Source: a bacterium (lineage in GTDB: Bacteria > Patescibacteriota > Minisyncoccia > Phycocordibacterales > UBA9973). From it: 64,000 nt of DNA. The notes below the pieces were generated by a model. It was not told the DNA's origin. It did not search any database and saw only the letters and a list, made by a program, of their open reading frames with translations. Position 1 is the stretch's first letter. Every line of letters starts with the position of its first letter. The stretch is taken from positions 140,620 to 204,619 of the forward strand of contig JBAWZD010000002.1 in the NCBI GenBank assembly GCA_037143195.1, written 5' to 3'. The position numbers and the translations under genes were made by a program. This document shows, in pieces, positions 8,403 to 16,942 of the stretch.

Positions 8403-10560
8403 ACTTCTAATTTTTTTATATCTAGAATTGCCTTCATGGCGGGGTAATTCGTCATGTGCGGGTCACGCGTAATGAGCGCGCTCGCTTCCGCTCGCGCAGC
8501 CTCCACCATTTTTATATTCCGTATAGCCTCCATCCCAAGATCGGTGATGCCCCATTGTTTGGTGCCTCCAAGTTCACCTGCACCACGGAGTGCGAGGTCG
8601 TGTTCTGAAAGTTCGAACCCATTTTTCGCTGTTTTGATTGCGTTCAATCGGTCGGCTGTCTTTTCTGATTTTGTTTCGGCGAAGAGGTAACAGTAGGCTT
8701 GGTGATTGCTTCGAATGACACGTCCACGGAGCTGGTGAAGTTGGGCGAGACCAAAACGCTCCGCACCCTCGATGATGATGAGCGTTGCGTTGGGGACGTT
8801 CACTCCAACTTCAACGACACTTGTTGCCACGAGAATATCTATTTTGTGTGAGGAGAATTCTTCCATGACCGTGTCCTTTTTTGCAGGTGTCATTTTGGAA
8901 TGCAAAATACCAATCGTGTATTCAGGGAAAATACTCGTGCGAAGATGTTCTGCTTCGGCAGTGACTGAACGCGCTTGCACTGCCATTTCTTTTTCTGGAT
9001 CCGGCTCATCGATGCGAGGGCAGATGACGTATGCTTGGCGACCATTTTCGAGTTCCTTCCTGATGAACGCGTAGACAGCGTCGCGACCGTTTGGGAGGAC
9101 GATCTCGGTAATGATTGGTTTGCGACCCATTGGCATTTCATCGAGAATGGAAAGATCGAGGTCGCCGTAGATGGTGAGTGCAAGTGTGCGGGGGATTGGA
9201 GTCGCCGTCATTGAGAGGAGGTGTGGAGCAAAGCCTTCCTTCGTCACGAGCTTCTTTCTCTGCATGGTGCCGAAGCGGTGTTGTTCGTCGATGATGGCGA
9301 GGGCGAGGTGTTTGAATTTGACACTCTTTTGAATGAGCGCGTGCGTGCCGATGAGGATTGGGATTTCACCATTCGCGACCCATTTCAAAAGTTGCGTGCG
9401 TGAAATTGCCGTCCACGGTTCTTTTGCTGACGCGACTTTGGTCGGGAACTTGCGACAGCCCGATCCGGTGATGAGCCCGACAGAGATGCCGGTGTGTTTG
9501 AAGTAGTTGATGAAATTTTCAAAATGCTGAGTGGCGAGAATTTCTGTCGGCGCCATGTAGGCGACCTGAAGATTGCCGTAGGTTTTGCCGTCGGGGCGAG
9601 TCTTGATCGTCGCGTACGAAAGTGTGGCTGCGACCGCGGTTTTGCCTGAGCCGACGTCTCCCTCGAGCAGACGTGCCATCGGATGAGGCTTTGCCATATC
9701 GGTGAGCATTGTCGCGATTGCATTTTCTTGCGCGCGCGTTTGCTTGAACGGAAATCGTCCGACGAAATCAGCGATATCATCTGGATTGTAATTGACGGGG
9801 AATGATTTGTTTTCTAAATAGTTTTCGCGTTCGATTTTGCGAGTGAGTTGGATGAAAAAAACCTCTTCGAAGCTAAATCGCTTGCGTGCTGCCTGCGCGT
9901 TGTTTTCTGTTTGGGGAGCATGCATCCAGACGAGTGCCGTCGAGAGTTTGGGGAGATTGTATTTTGCGAGCATTTCGCTCGGGAGATAGTCGTCGAGATT
10001 TTGTACGAGTCCTGATTTGAGAACCTTTTGGATCGTGTGATATATGAAGCGCGAGGTGATACCACGAGTCTCACGGTAAATGGGGAAGCCAAATATTTCT
10101 GCGGCCTCGCGGTCTGCACCAAAGAGCGATCCATGCATGTCGATCGGGAGTGCATTCTTTTCTTTGAGTTCGGGATTGGAAAGATAGATACCGTTTTTGC
10201 CTTCGGCGATTTTGCCGGAGAGTTCGACGGTGTCACCTTCGTGAACCATTTTGGCCATATAGGCTTGATTAAACCAAATGATACCGATGCGTCCTGAACT
10301 ATCTTCAAGCTCTGCTTCACCCATAGGCATTTTGCTTTTGAAAGCTTTTCGAGTTTTGAGTTTGCCGATGCGACCGTAGAGAGTGACGGTGTCGCCGACG
10401 ACAGCATCGCGAATGAGTTTGATCTCACTCACGTTCGTGTAGCGAACAGGGAAGTAGTAGAGCATGTCACGAATGGTTTTGAGACCAAGACGGGCAAGCG
10501 CTTTTTTCTGTTCCTCGCTTGTTCTGAAATGTTTAACTAAATCGTCACTTAAATACATAT
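8390..10560 (-). CDS. recG: ATP-dependent DNA helicase RecG
   Basis: wedge/OB N-terminus, helicase motifs GDVGSGKT, DEQHRFG, C-terminal helicase domain; start taken at MYLSDD (ATG 10560) rather than GTG at 10603. Confidence 0.9.
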
Positions 10561-10692
10561 GGCTAGTATAGCGCAAAGTGCGCACATGTACTTGAAAAAG
10601 CACCGGCGTAAAATCCTGAAGGATTTTCGCCTTATTCTCGCGCCGTCGCGCTCCGAAGATGCTTTTTCAAGTACATGTGCGCACTTTGCGCT
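10561..10692. repeat. 42-bp near-perfect inverted repeat (41/42) with 48-bp spacer between response-regulator gene and recG
   Basis: 10561-10602 ggctagtatagcgcaaagtgcgcacatgtacttgaaaaagca vs reverse complement of 10651-10692; spacer holds nested hairpin aaaatcc-tgaa-ggatttt. Confidence 0.8.
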
Positions 10693-10708
10693 ATGCTAGC
10701 CAGCCGTG

Positions 10709-11077
10709 TTACTTGAGAATTTCTTTAATTCGGTCTGCGAGTTCGTCGAGAGTGAAATTACTCTTCACCATGTAGTCTGTGGCACCGAGGTCTTTTGCAT
10801 GTTTGATGTCCTTTTCTTCTGAGAGGTTTGAAAAAACAATAACAGGAGTATTTGCTGTTTTAGGATTTTCGCGGACCATTTTGAGAATCCCGAATCCATC
10901 AGTCCCTGGCATGACGAGGTCGCAGAGCATGAGGTCTGGAGTGTCGGTTGAGAGAGCTTTCATAGCTTCTTCGCTATTTGAGGCACTTACGACCATGAAG
11001 CCCTCTTTTTCGAGCTTGGTGGAAGCGAGTCCTTGGAGGAAGCTGTCGTCTTCGATAATCAGGATTTTCTTGTTCAT
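10709..11077 (-). CDS. single-domain response regulator (CheY-like receiver)
   Basis: MNKKILIIEDD...LMLCDLVMPGTDG...TPVIVFSNLS...K receiver signature. Confidence 0.85.
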   Translation of the reverse strand: MNKKILIIEDDSFLQGLASTKLEKEGFMVVSASNSEEAMKALSTDTPDLMLCDLVMPGTDGFGILKMVRENPKTANTPVIVFSNLSEEKDIKHAKDLGATDYMVKSNFTLDELADRIKEILK

Positions 11078-11203
11078 ACGAAAATTGTACTATGCGCCAT
11101 CCCATATCGCAACCTTGAAAAGTTTATCTCTGTGTATATGGCAAAAACCATAAAACTAAGCATGTTTATGGAGTTTTAGGGTTCGAGTCTGTATACTGTA
11201 AAA

Positions 11204-11890
11204 ATGAAAAAAATACCTCGGGCAATACAACGGTCTTGTGTCGTCCTTTTTGGGCTCACGCTCGTGTTTGTTTTGTTTTTTCATTTTAGGAAACAACAGG
11301 TTGCCCCAGCTTTTGTAGCGGATAAAAACATTGTTGACCCTGCGCTTGTTACTGGTATCTATCAGCAGAATGATAGATATCTTTTGGTTGTTGAATCAAA
11401 GATCTTTGGCACAGATACTGAGTCTGATATGTATATTATTGATTACAATGTTCCGCTACCAGCTTCGCGCATAGTCAGTACTCCACTTGGCAGGTTCTCA
11501 AAAGGGAAATCAACATATAATTTTGATGCGGCACATTGTATCGCCACGTATAGCTTCGCTGGATCGAAGATGTATATTGCACCGAATACTGCGTCCTGTA
11601 TGGCTGAACCAAACCTTGAGGGGATATATACAAAGATAAGCGCTGTGTCCCCTGAGCATGCGAGCGAAATCGTCTCAAATATTCCCGAAGTGAAAAAATG
11701 GCTTCCTCGTATTAAGGGAAATACTGACTGGCCAGACCAACCTCCGTACATCGACGCCATAACATCGAATTCCTACACGATTGTTGTTCCAGGGCTAGAG
11801 AAAGCTAATATTTTTGGTATTGCTCCTATGGGCCCGTACAAAGTCAGTGCGATATCAGGTGATGTTGTGCCTGTTCCTAGATCACGGTAA
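11204..11890 (+). CDS. hypothetical protein with N-terminal TM anchor
   Basis: long ORF, TM at residues ~12-27; no recognisable domain. Confidence 0.5.
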   Translation: MKKIPRAIQRSCVVLFGLTLVFVLFFHFRKQQVAPAFVADKNIVDPALVTGIYQQNDRYLLVVESKIFGTDTESDMYIIDYNVPLPASRIVSTPLGRFSKGKSTYNFDAAHCIATYSFAGSKMYIAPNTASCMAEPNLEGIYTKISAVSPEHASEIVSNIPEVKKWLPRIKGNTDWPDQPPYIDAITSNSYTIVVPGLEKANIFGIAPMGPYKVSAISGDVVPVPRSR

Positions 11891-11914
11891 TAGTTTATCG
11901 GGATAGTTGGGGCG

Positions 11915-12706
11915 CTATTTTGGATTTGTTTGTGAAGCGGGAAGGGTGACAAAAAACGTTGTGCCTTCGCCGGCGGTGCTTTCAAACCAGATTTTGCCGT
12001 GGTGTTTTTCGACGATGCGGGCGGTGGTGAACAAGCCGAGACCTGAACCGACGACGTCTTGTTTTTTGGCGTTGTCAGCGCGGAAGAATTTGCCAAAGAT
12101 GTGTGATTGGTCGCTGTCTTCGATACCGATACCCGTGTCGCGAACGGAGATTTCGATTGAGTCAGCTTTTTCGCTCGCGTTCACAAAGACACGGCCGTCC
12201 TTGTTTGAATATTTGATTGCGTTCTCGATCAGGTTTTGGAAGACGACGCGGATTTTTTCAGAATCAACAACGATATTTTTGAGCGCGTGGTCGGGTTTGA
12301 GGAAGATGAGTTGGATGCCTTTTTTGTATGATTCGCCGGTGAAATCAAACACGACTTCGTCGAGGAGTTTGACGATATCGACTGCTTCCATATGCATGGA
12401 TTCGAGGGTGTCTTCGGCGTGGTTTATCGAAAGCATTTCGTTCACGAGACGAATCATACGCTCGTCGCTCTCGAATGCTTTTTTCATGAAGTTGAGCTGT
12501 TCGGCATTGAGCGCTCCGAAATCTCCGTCGAGAAACATTTTCAAAATCCACTTCATCGCCGAGAGCGACGTGCGGAGCTGGTGAGCAGAAATGGAAATGA
12601 GGTCGCTTTTGGTCGCGTTTTCATTTTTGAGTTTTTCGTTCTCGGACGCGAGGTCGATGATTGGTTCGGTCATGCGAGAAGTATACGGCAAAACGCGGAA
12701 AGTCAA
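11915..12706 (-). CDS. sensor histidine kinase (cytoplasmic, HisKA + HATPase_c)
   Basis: H-box SAHQLRTSLSAM, N-box QNLIENAIKYS, G1 DTGIGI, G2 GSGLGL; true start possibly MTEPIID at ~12673. Confidence 0.85.
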   Translation of the reverse strand: MTFRVLPYTSRMTEPIIDLASENEKLKNENATKSDLISISAHQLRTSLSAMKWILKMFLDGDFGALNAEQLNFMKKAFESDERMIRLVNEMLSINHAEDTLESMHMEAVDIVKLLDEVVFDFTGESYKKGIQLIFLKPDHALKNIVVDSEKIRVVFQNLIENAIKYSNKDGRVFVNASEKADSIEISVRDTGIGIEDSDQSHIFGKFFRADNAKKQDVVGSGLGLFTTARIVEKHHGKIWFESTAGEGTTFFVTLPASQTNPK

Positions 12707-12797
12707 AAGGTGGGGCAGGGAGGCTTTTGGTTGACTTTTTGGGGAATCGGTTTAGAGTGAGTTAAAATATGGTTTCAACATTCTAAAACAAGAGATT

Positions 12798-13151
12798 ATG
12801 GCTTCAATTGCATCTATGCGAAATGTGTTCGCAAAAAACAAAAGTAACGTTGATAAAATCAGCGCAATTTTGAATGACTTTAGTATTAGTAGCGAAGGTA
12901 TTTCGCTGGTGCAAGTATTATTCCGGATAGCTGATGAATTTTATAAGCAAAAATTCTATACAGAAAGTGAAGGAAAACCAGTCTCGCTTCGGCTGCTGGA
13001 CGAGTTTACCTTTGAAGAGAAGATTCAAATAGTAATCCTTATTAAAGGATCTGTCCCTGTCGATGACGAGGGTTACGTAAATTCTTTATTTAAGGAAATC
13101 TACAACATCGTCTGTGATGCTGTATCGGATTGGAATAAGAGGGAATTTTAG
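12798..13151 (+). CDS. hypothetical protein (117 aa)
   Basis: ORF with TTGACT...TAAAAT promoter-like upstream; no domain recognised. Confidence 0.45.
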   Translation: MASIASMRNVFAKNKSNVDKISAILNDFSISSEGISLVQVLFRIADEFYKQKFYTESEGKPVSLRLLDEFTFEEKIQIVILIKGSVPVDDEGYVNSLFKEIYNIVCDAVSDWNKREF

Positions 13152-13195
13152 TTCACTTAAGCAGAAACGGCGTCTCCACATTTGGGAGGCGCCGT

Positions 13196-14221
13196 TTATC
13201 GTAGTCGGCTGAGGATGTCGTGATCTTCGATGTATTTGATGATTGCGGGTGGGAGGACAGTTTTCCATTGGTCGCCGTTGTGTGCGTTTTCGCGGACGAG
13301 ACCACTGCGGGCGCGGTCGCTTGATTCGGGGATGGTGATGACGACTTCGGCGCGGAAACCGATTTTTTTGAGGTAGTCAATTTTTTTGGTGTCGCTTGGT
13401 CCCGTGACGCTCATGAGGAAGATGGTACCTTTGGGGAGAAGCGCTTTGGAATTCTTGTAATCGCTTGGAAATGCTATGAATGAATATCGGGTGCGGTCGA
13501 CGCCTTCTGCTTCGAGTGCGAGGGTGAGCATGTCGACACGTTCGTCGTTGGTGAGGGGGTTTTGATGCGGCGCGCACGGGTACCCCGTGCGCGCCGCATC
13601 TGCCTCCGTACAAATCTCCGGAGTACAAATCCCAATCATTACATGCTCCGCTCGCTCGAGCGCTCTAAGGATATATGCGATGTGCCCGACATGCGGTGGC
13701 TGAAATCGTCCATGCACCAGACCGACAGGGTATTTTTTGTGCGCGAATTGTTTGCCAAGCGAATTCCATGGAAGTGAAATACTCCACGCGGGAAATTGTT
13801 TCAAAATCCATTCAGCATAGGTATTACTATTCGGACCAGTCGCAAAATACTCATCACGAAACGGATACGTGGTCGGAGTTGTTTCAATATATCGAGCGAT
13901 CGATTCGGCAAGTGACCCATTATCGCCTTCAATCACGCCCTCGACACGAACGGCAACGTCCCAAAATCTATCATCGGTCCACAAACTCATCTCTGTCCCT
14001 TGGAAGGGAAGCAGACAATCGGTATACAAAAATCCTGAATGCACACCCGACAGCGTTTGTGCATGGCGCACTTCATATCGATGTACCACGCCTTTCATGT
14101 TCACCACGAACCATGGATGACGCACGAACTGTACAGGAATTGCGGCAGGGCAGGTACAGAGAAAAACCTGAAACTTGTTGGGGTCAATGAGCGACTTGCG
14201 TTTTTCCGCGTTTGGAAGCAT
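13196..14221 (-). CDS. fusion protein: N-terminal domain of unknown function + C-terminal NadM-type nicotinamide-nucleotide adenylyltransferase (cytidylyltransferase fold)
   Basis: C-terminal half YPVGLVHGRFQPPHVGHIAYILRA... = (H/T)xGH nucleotidyltransferase motif as in archaeal-type NMNAT; N-terminal 165 aa unrecognised. Confidence 0.6.
   Translation of the reverse strand: MLPNAEKRKSLIDPNKFQVFLCTCPAAIPVQFVRHPWFVVNMKGVVHRYEVRHAQTLSGVHSGFLYTDCLLPFQGTEMSLWTDDRFWDVAVRVEGVIEGDNGSLAESIARYIETTPTTYPFRDEYFATGPNSNTYAEWILKQFPAWSISLPWNSLGKQFAHKKYPVGLVHGRFQPPHVGHIAYILRALERAEHVMIGICTPEICTEADAARTGYPCAPHQNPLTNDERVDMLTLALEAEGVDRTRYSFIAFPSDYKNSKALLPKGTIFLMSVTGPSDTKKIDYLKKIGFRAEVVITIPESSDRARSGLVRENAHNGDQWKTVLPPAIIKYIEDHDILSRLR
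13564..13600. repeat. 37-bp perfect GC-rich hairpin palindrome (17-bp arms, 3-nt loop) inside the NMNAT-fusion CDS
   Basis: gatgcggcgcgcacggg-tac-cccgtgcgcgccgcatc; local GC far above flanks. Confidence 0.8.
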
Positions 14222-14286
14222 GGACCTATCATACTATAGTTTTGGCTGGAAATTCAGACCAAAAAAGAGTATAGTTGCCCTCATAT

Positions 14287-15891
14287 ATGGAATACGGAAC
14301 AAAATCACCAAGTGCAGACCTGAAGCTTATTGGCATCGAATCGCCGAGTGCTGTGTACTGGAATTTGACCCCCGACGAACTCGTGCAAAAGACACTTGAA
14401 CTTGGACAGGGGAGTCTCGCCGACACCGGCGCGCTCATGTCCGACACCGGTACTTTTACTGGTCGCTCACCAAAGGACCGCTTCATTGTCGCTGACGCGC
14501 TCACGGAAAATATCGTATTTTGGGGCGATATCAACCAAAAATTCTCGCCAGAAAAATTCGATGCGCTCTACACAAAAATGTGTGCGTACCTCGATGGCAA
14601 AGAAGTCTACGCACGTGATTCATACGTCTGTGCTGATCCAAAGCATCGTCTCAATGTCCGTATCGTGACCGAACTTCCATGGGCAAATCTTTTTGCAAAC
14701 AATCTTTTTTTGCGCCCAACCGCTGAAGAAGTCACCACACTCGGCACTCCAGATTGGCACGTCATTGCGGCACCGGGATTCCTCGCCGACCCTGCGACTG
14801 ACGGCACACGCCAAGCGAATTTCACCATCATCAACTTCACTCGTCGCATGATTATCGTCGGCGGTTCGGCATATACAGGAGAAATCAAAAAGGGAATGTT
14901 TAGTGTGCTCAATTTCCTTTTGCCACAACAAGGTGTGCTTTCGATGCACTGCTCGGCAAACATTGGACCGAAAGGGGACACGGCGATTTTCTTTGGTCTC
15001 TCAGGTACTGGAAAGACCACACTCTCTGCTGATAGCGCACGCAATCTCATTGGAGATGACGAACACGGCTGGGGTCCTGATTCAGTCTTCAACTTTGAAG
15101 GTGGCTGTTATGCAAAATGTGTGAATCTCTCAAAAGAAAAAGAGCCAGAAATTTGGGCGGCAATTACGAAGGGTACACTTCTCGAAAACGTACGTTGTTT
15201 CCCTGGGACGACAACCGTCAATTACGATGATATTTCAAAGACCGAAAATACTCGCGCCGCATATCCGCTCAACCTCATCAAAAACGCAGCGATTCCATCA
15301 GTCGGCAAAACTCCAGAAAATATTTTCTTCCTTTCGTGTGATGCATACGGCGTACTTCCTCCGATTGCGAAGCTTACACGCGAACAGGCGATGTACTATT
15401 TCCTCTCTGGATACACTGCAAAAGTTGCGGGAACAGAAGTTGGTGTTGTAGAACCACAGGCGACGTTCTCGTCGTGTTTTGGAAAAGTATTTCTTCCACT
15501 CAACCCGACAACATATGCGAAATTGCTCGGTGAGAAACTCGCACAAAATCCAAATATTAATGTATGGCTTGTAAACACTGGATGGTCAGGTGGTGTCTAC
15601 GGGGTAGGCAAGCGCATGTCGCTTCCACACACTCGTGCACTCATCAATAGTGCACTCGATGGCTCTCTTGCACGCGCATCATTCGAAACACTCCCTATTT
15701 TCGGTCTTGCAATTCCAACGAGTTGCCCAAATGTTCCAAGTGAAATCCTCAACCCACGCACTGCATGGACTGATGTCAATGCGTACGATGCGCAAGCACG
15801 TTCACTCGCCGGACTGTTCGTCAAAAGCTTTGCTCAATACGCAGAATTCGCAGGAGCAGATATCGTTTCGGCAGCACCAAACTTAGGATAA
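14287..15891 (+). CDS. pckA: phosphoenolpyruvate carboxykinase (ATP)
   Basis: kinase-1a loop GLSGTGKTTLS, RSPKDRFIV, HCSANIG motifs; start MEYGTK (alt. ATG 14275). Confidence 0.9.
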   Translation: MEYGTKSPSADLKLIGIESPSAVYWNLTPDELVQKTLELGQGSLADTGALMSDTGTFTGRSPKDRFIVADALTENIVFWGDINQKFSPEKFDALYTKMCAYLDGKEVYARDSYVCADPKHRLNVRIVTELPWANLFANNLFLRPTAEEVTTLGTPDWHVIAAPGFLADPATDGTRQANFTIINFTRRMIIVGGSAYTGEIKKGMFSVLNFLLPQQGVLSMHCSANIGPKGDTAIFFGLSGTGKTTLSADSARNLIGDDEHGWGPDSVFNFEGGCYAKCVNLSKEKEPEIWAAITKGTLLENVRCFPGTTTVNYDDISKTENTRAAYPLNLIKNAAIPSVGKTPENIFFLSCDAYGVLPPIAKLTREQAMYYFLSGYTAKVAGTEVGVVEPQATFSSCFGKVFLPLNPTTYAKLLGEKLAQNPNINVWLVNTGWSGGVYGVGKRMSLPHTRALINSALDGSLARASFETLPIFGLAIPTSCPNVPSEILNPRTAWTDVNAYDAQARSLAGLFVKSFAQYAEFAGADIVSAAPNLG

Positions 15892-16000
15892 GGATCATTA
15901 GAGCCACGTTGTTTTTTTGTTTCTCTATCTAAATGTCGTATACTAGAAATATTACTAGGTAGCTTTCGTGTGTTTGTAATCACACGAGCAGAATAATTTC

Positions 16001-16939
16001 ATGAATTTTTGGAAGAACCCCGAACACGATTCGATAAAAATGGTAGTTATAGCTGTCCTTGTGACAGGAGCCGGACTTTTTGCGTATGATCAAATGAAAG
16101 TGAAGCCACTCGCAAATGCGGGAAGAGTTATTGCGCCTTCGAGCTCGACGAGCCCAAGTGGCGGTGGCACTGGAAAGGGAGGTGGCGCTGGTGGAGACTA
16201 TGCATGTGATGCTGTGGCACCAGTTGTGCTTGCGACTGCGCTTGGAGCTCCAACGACTCCAACATCAGTTACGACAGCATCAGGAGGCGTCCGCGGTGGT
16301 CAGTGGTTGAATTTTACTTTGACGAACCCAAGCGACTGTCCCGTAGATGTTTCTCAGGTTGAAGTAAGTTTTGCAACGAATGATATGGAAAATTGGCCAC
16401 CTGTTCAGAACGTCACGCTCTCACACCTCGGTGTTCAGCTCGGAGCGGCACTCAAGGTCCCGAATGCAATACGATATGTCTCTGGCGTTGTCACTCTCGG
16501 TTCGCATACGATTACGGTGAATAGCTCGGCCGCACTTAGTGTAGGTAACCGAGTACGAATTCTTGGCACTCGAACAGCCCAAGGGATAATTACTGCTATT
16601 CCAACAAGTACAACAATTACAGTCAATATTACGACAGGAGGACTCGGGGTAGTTGCGGGATCACAGGTTGCCGATTACGGTTCAGGTCTTATGACATTCT
16701 CATTCCCAGGCACAAGTGCGGTAACGATTGCTCCGCTTGCTACAGAAACATTCAATCTTATGTCTGATTCACAGAATGTTCCTGCTCATACATCTGGGTT
16801 GTCATCAGCTGCGGTGTATTTCAAGTTTGGTCTTAAGGAATTTCTTGGAACGTCACTCTCAGGTGTGGTGAATGATCAAAGTGTTACTGCCGGAAGTATT
16901 CCAGCTACAATCGTGACTCCTTCAATTCCTGTACTCTAA
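16001..16939 (+). CDS. hypothetical secreted/anchored protein with N-terminal NFWKNPE motif + TM helix
   Basis: MNFWKNPEHDSIKMVVIAVLVTGAGLF..., Gly/Ser/Thr-rich. Confidence 0.6.
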   Translation: MNFWKNPEHDSIKMVVIAVLVTGAGLFAYDQMKVKPLANAGRVIAPSSSTSPSGGGTGKGGGAGGDYACDAVAPVVLATALGAPTTPTSVTTASGGVRGGQWLNFTLTNPSDCPVDVSQVEVSFATNDMENWPPVQNVTLSHLGVQLGAALKVPNAIRYVSGVVTLGSHTITVNSSAALSVGNRVRILGTRTAQGIITAIPTSTTITVNITTGGLGVVAGSQVADYGSGLMTFSFPGTSAVTIAPLATETFNLMSDSQNVPAHTSGLSSAAVYFKFGLKEFLGTSLSGVVNDQSVTAGSIPATIVTPSIPVL

Positions 16940-16942
16940 TAG

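Noticed and set aside
13377-13777. Arg-rich ORFs 13377..13628 (-) and 13562..13777 (+)
   Set aside because: Alternative frames of the GC-rich segment inside the NMNAT-fusion CDS. The composition (R/P/H runs) is a GC-skew artefact.
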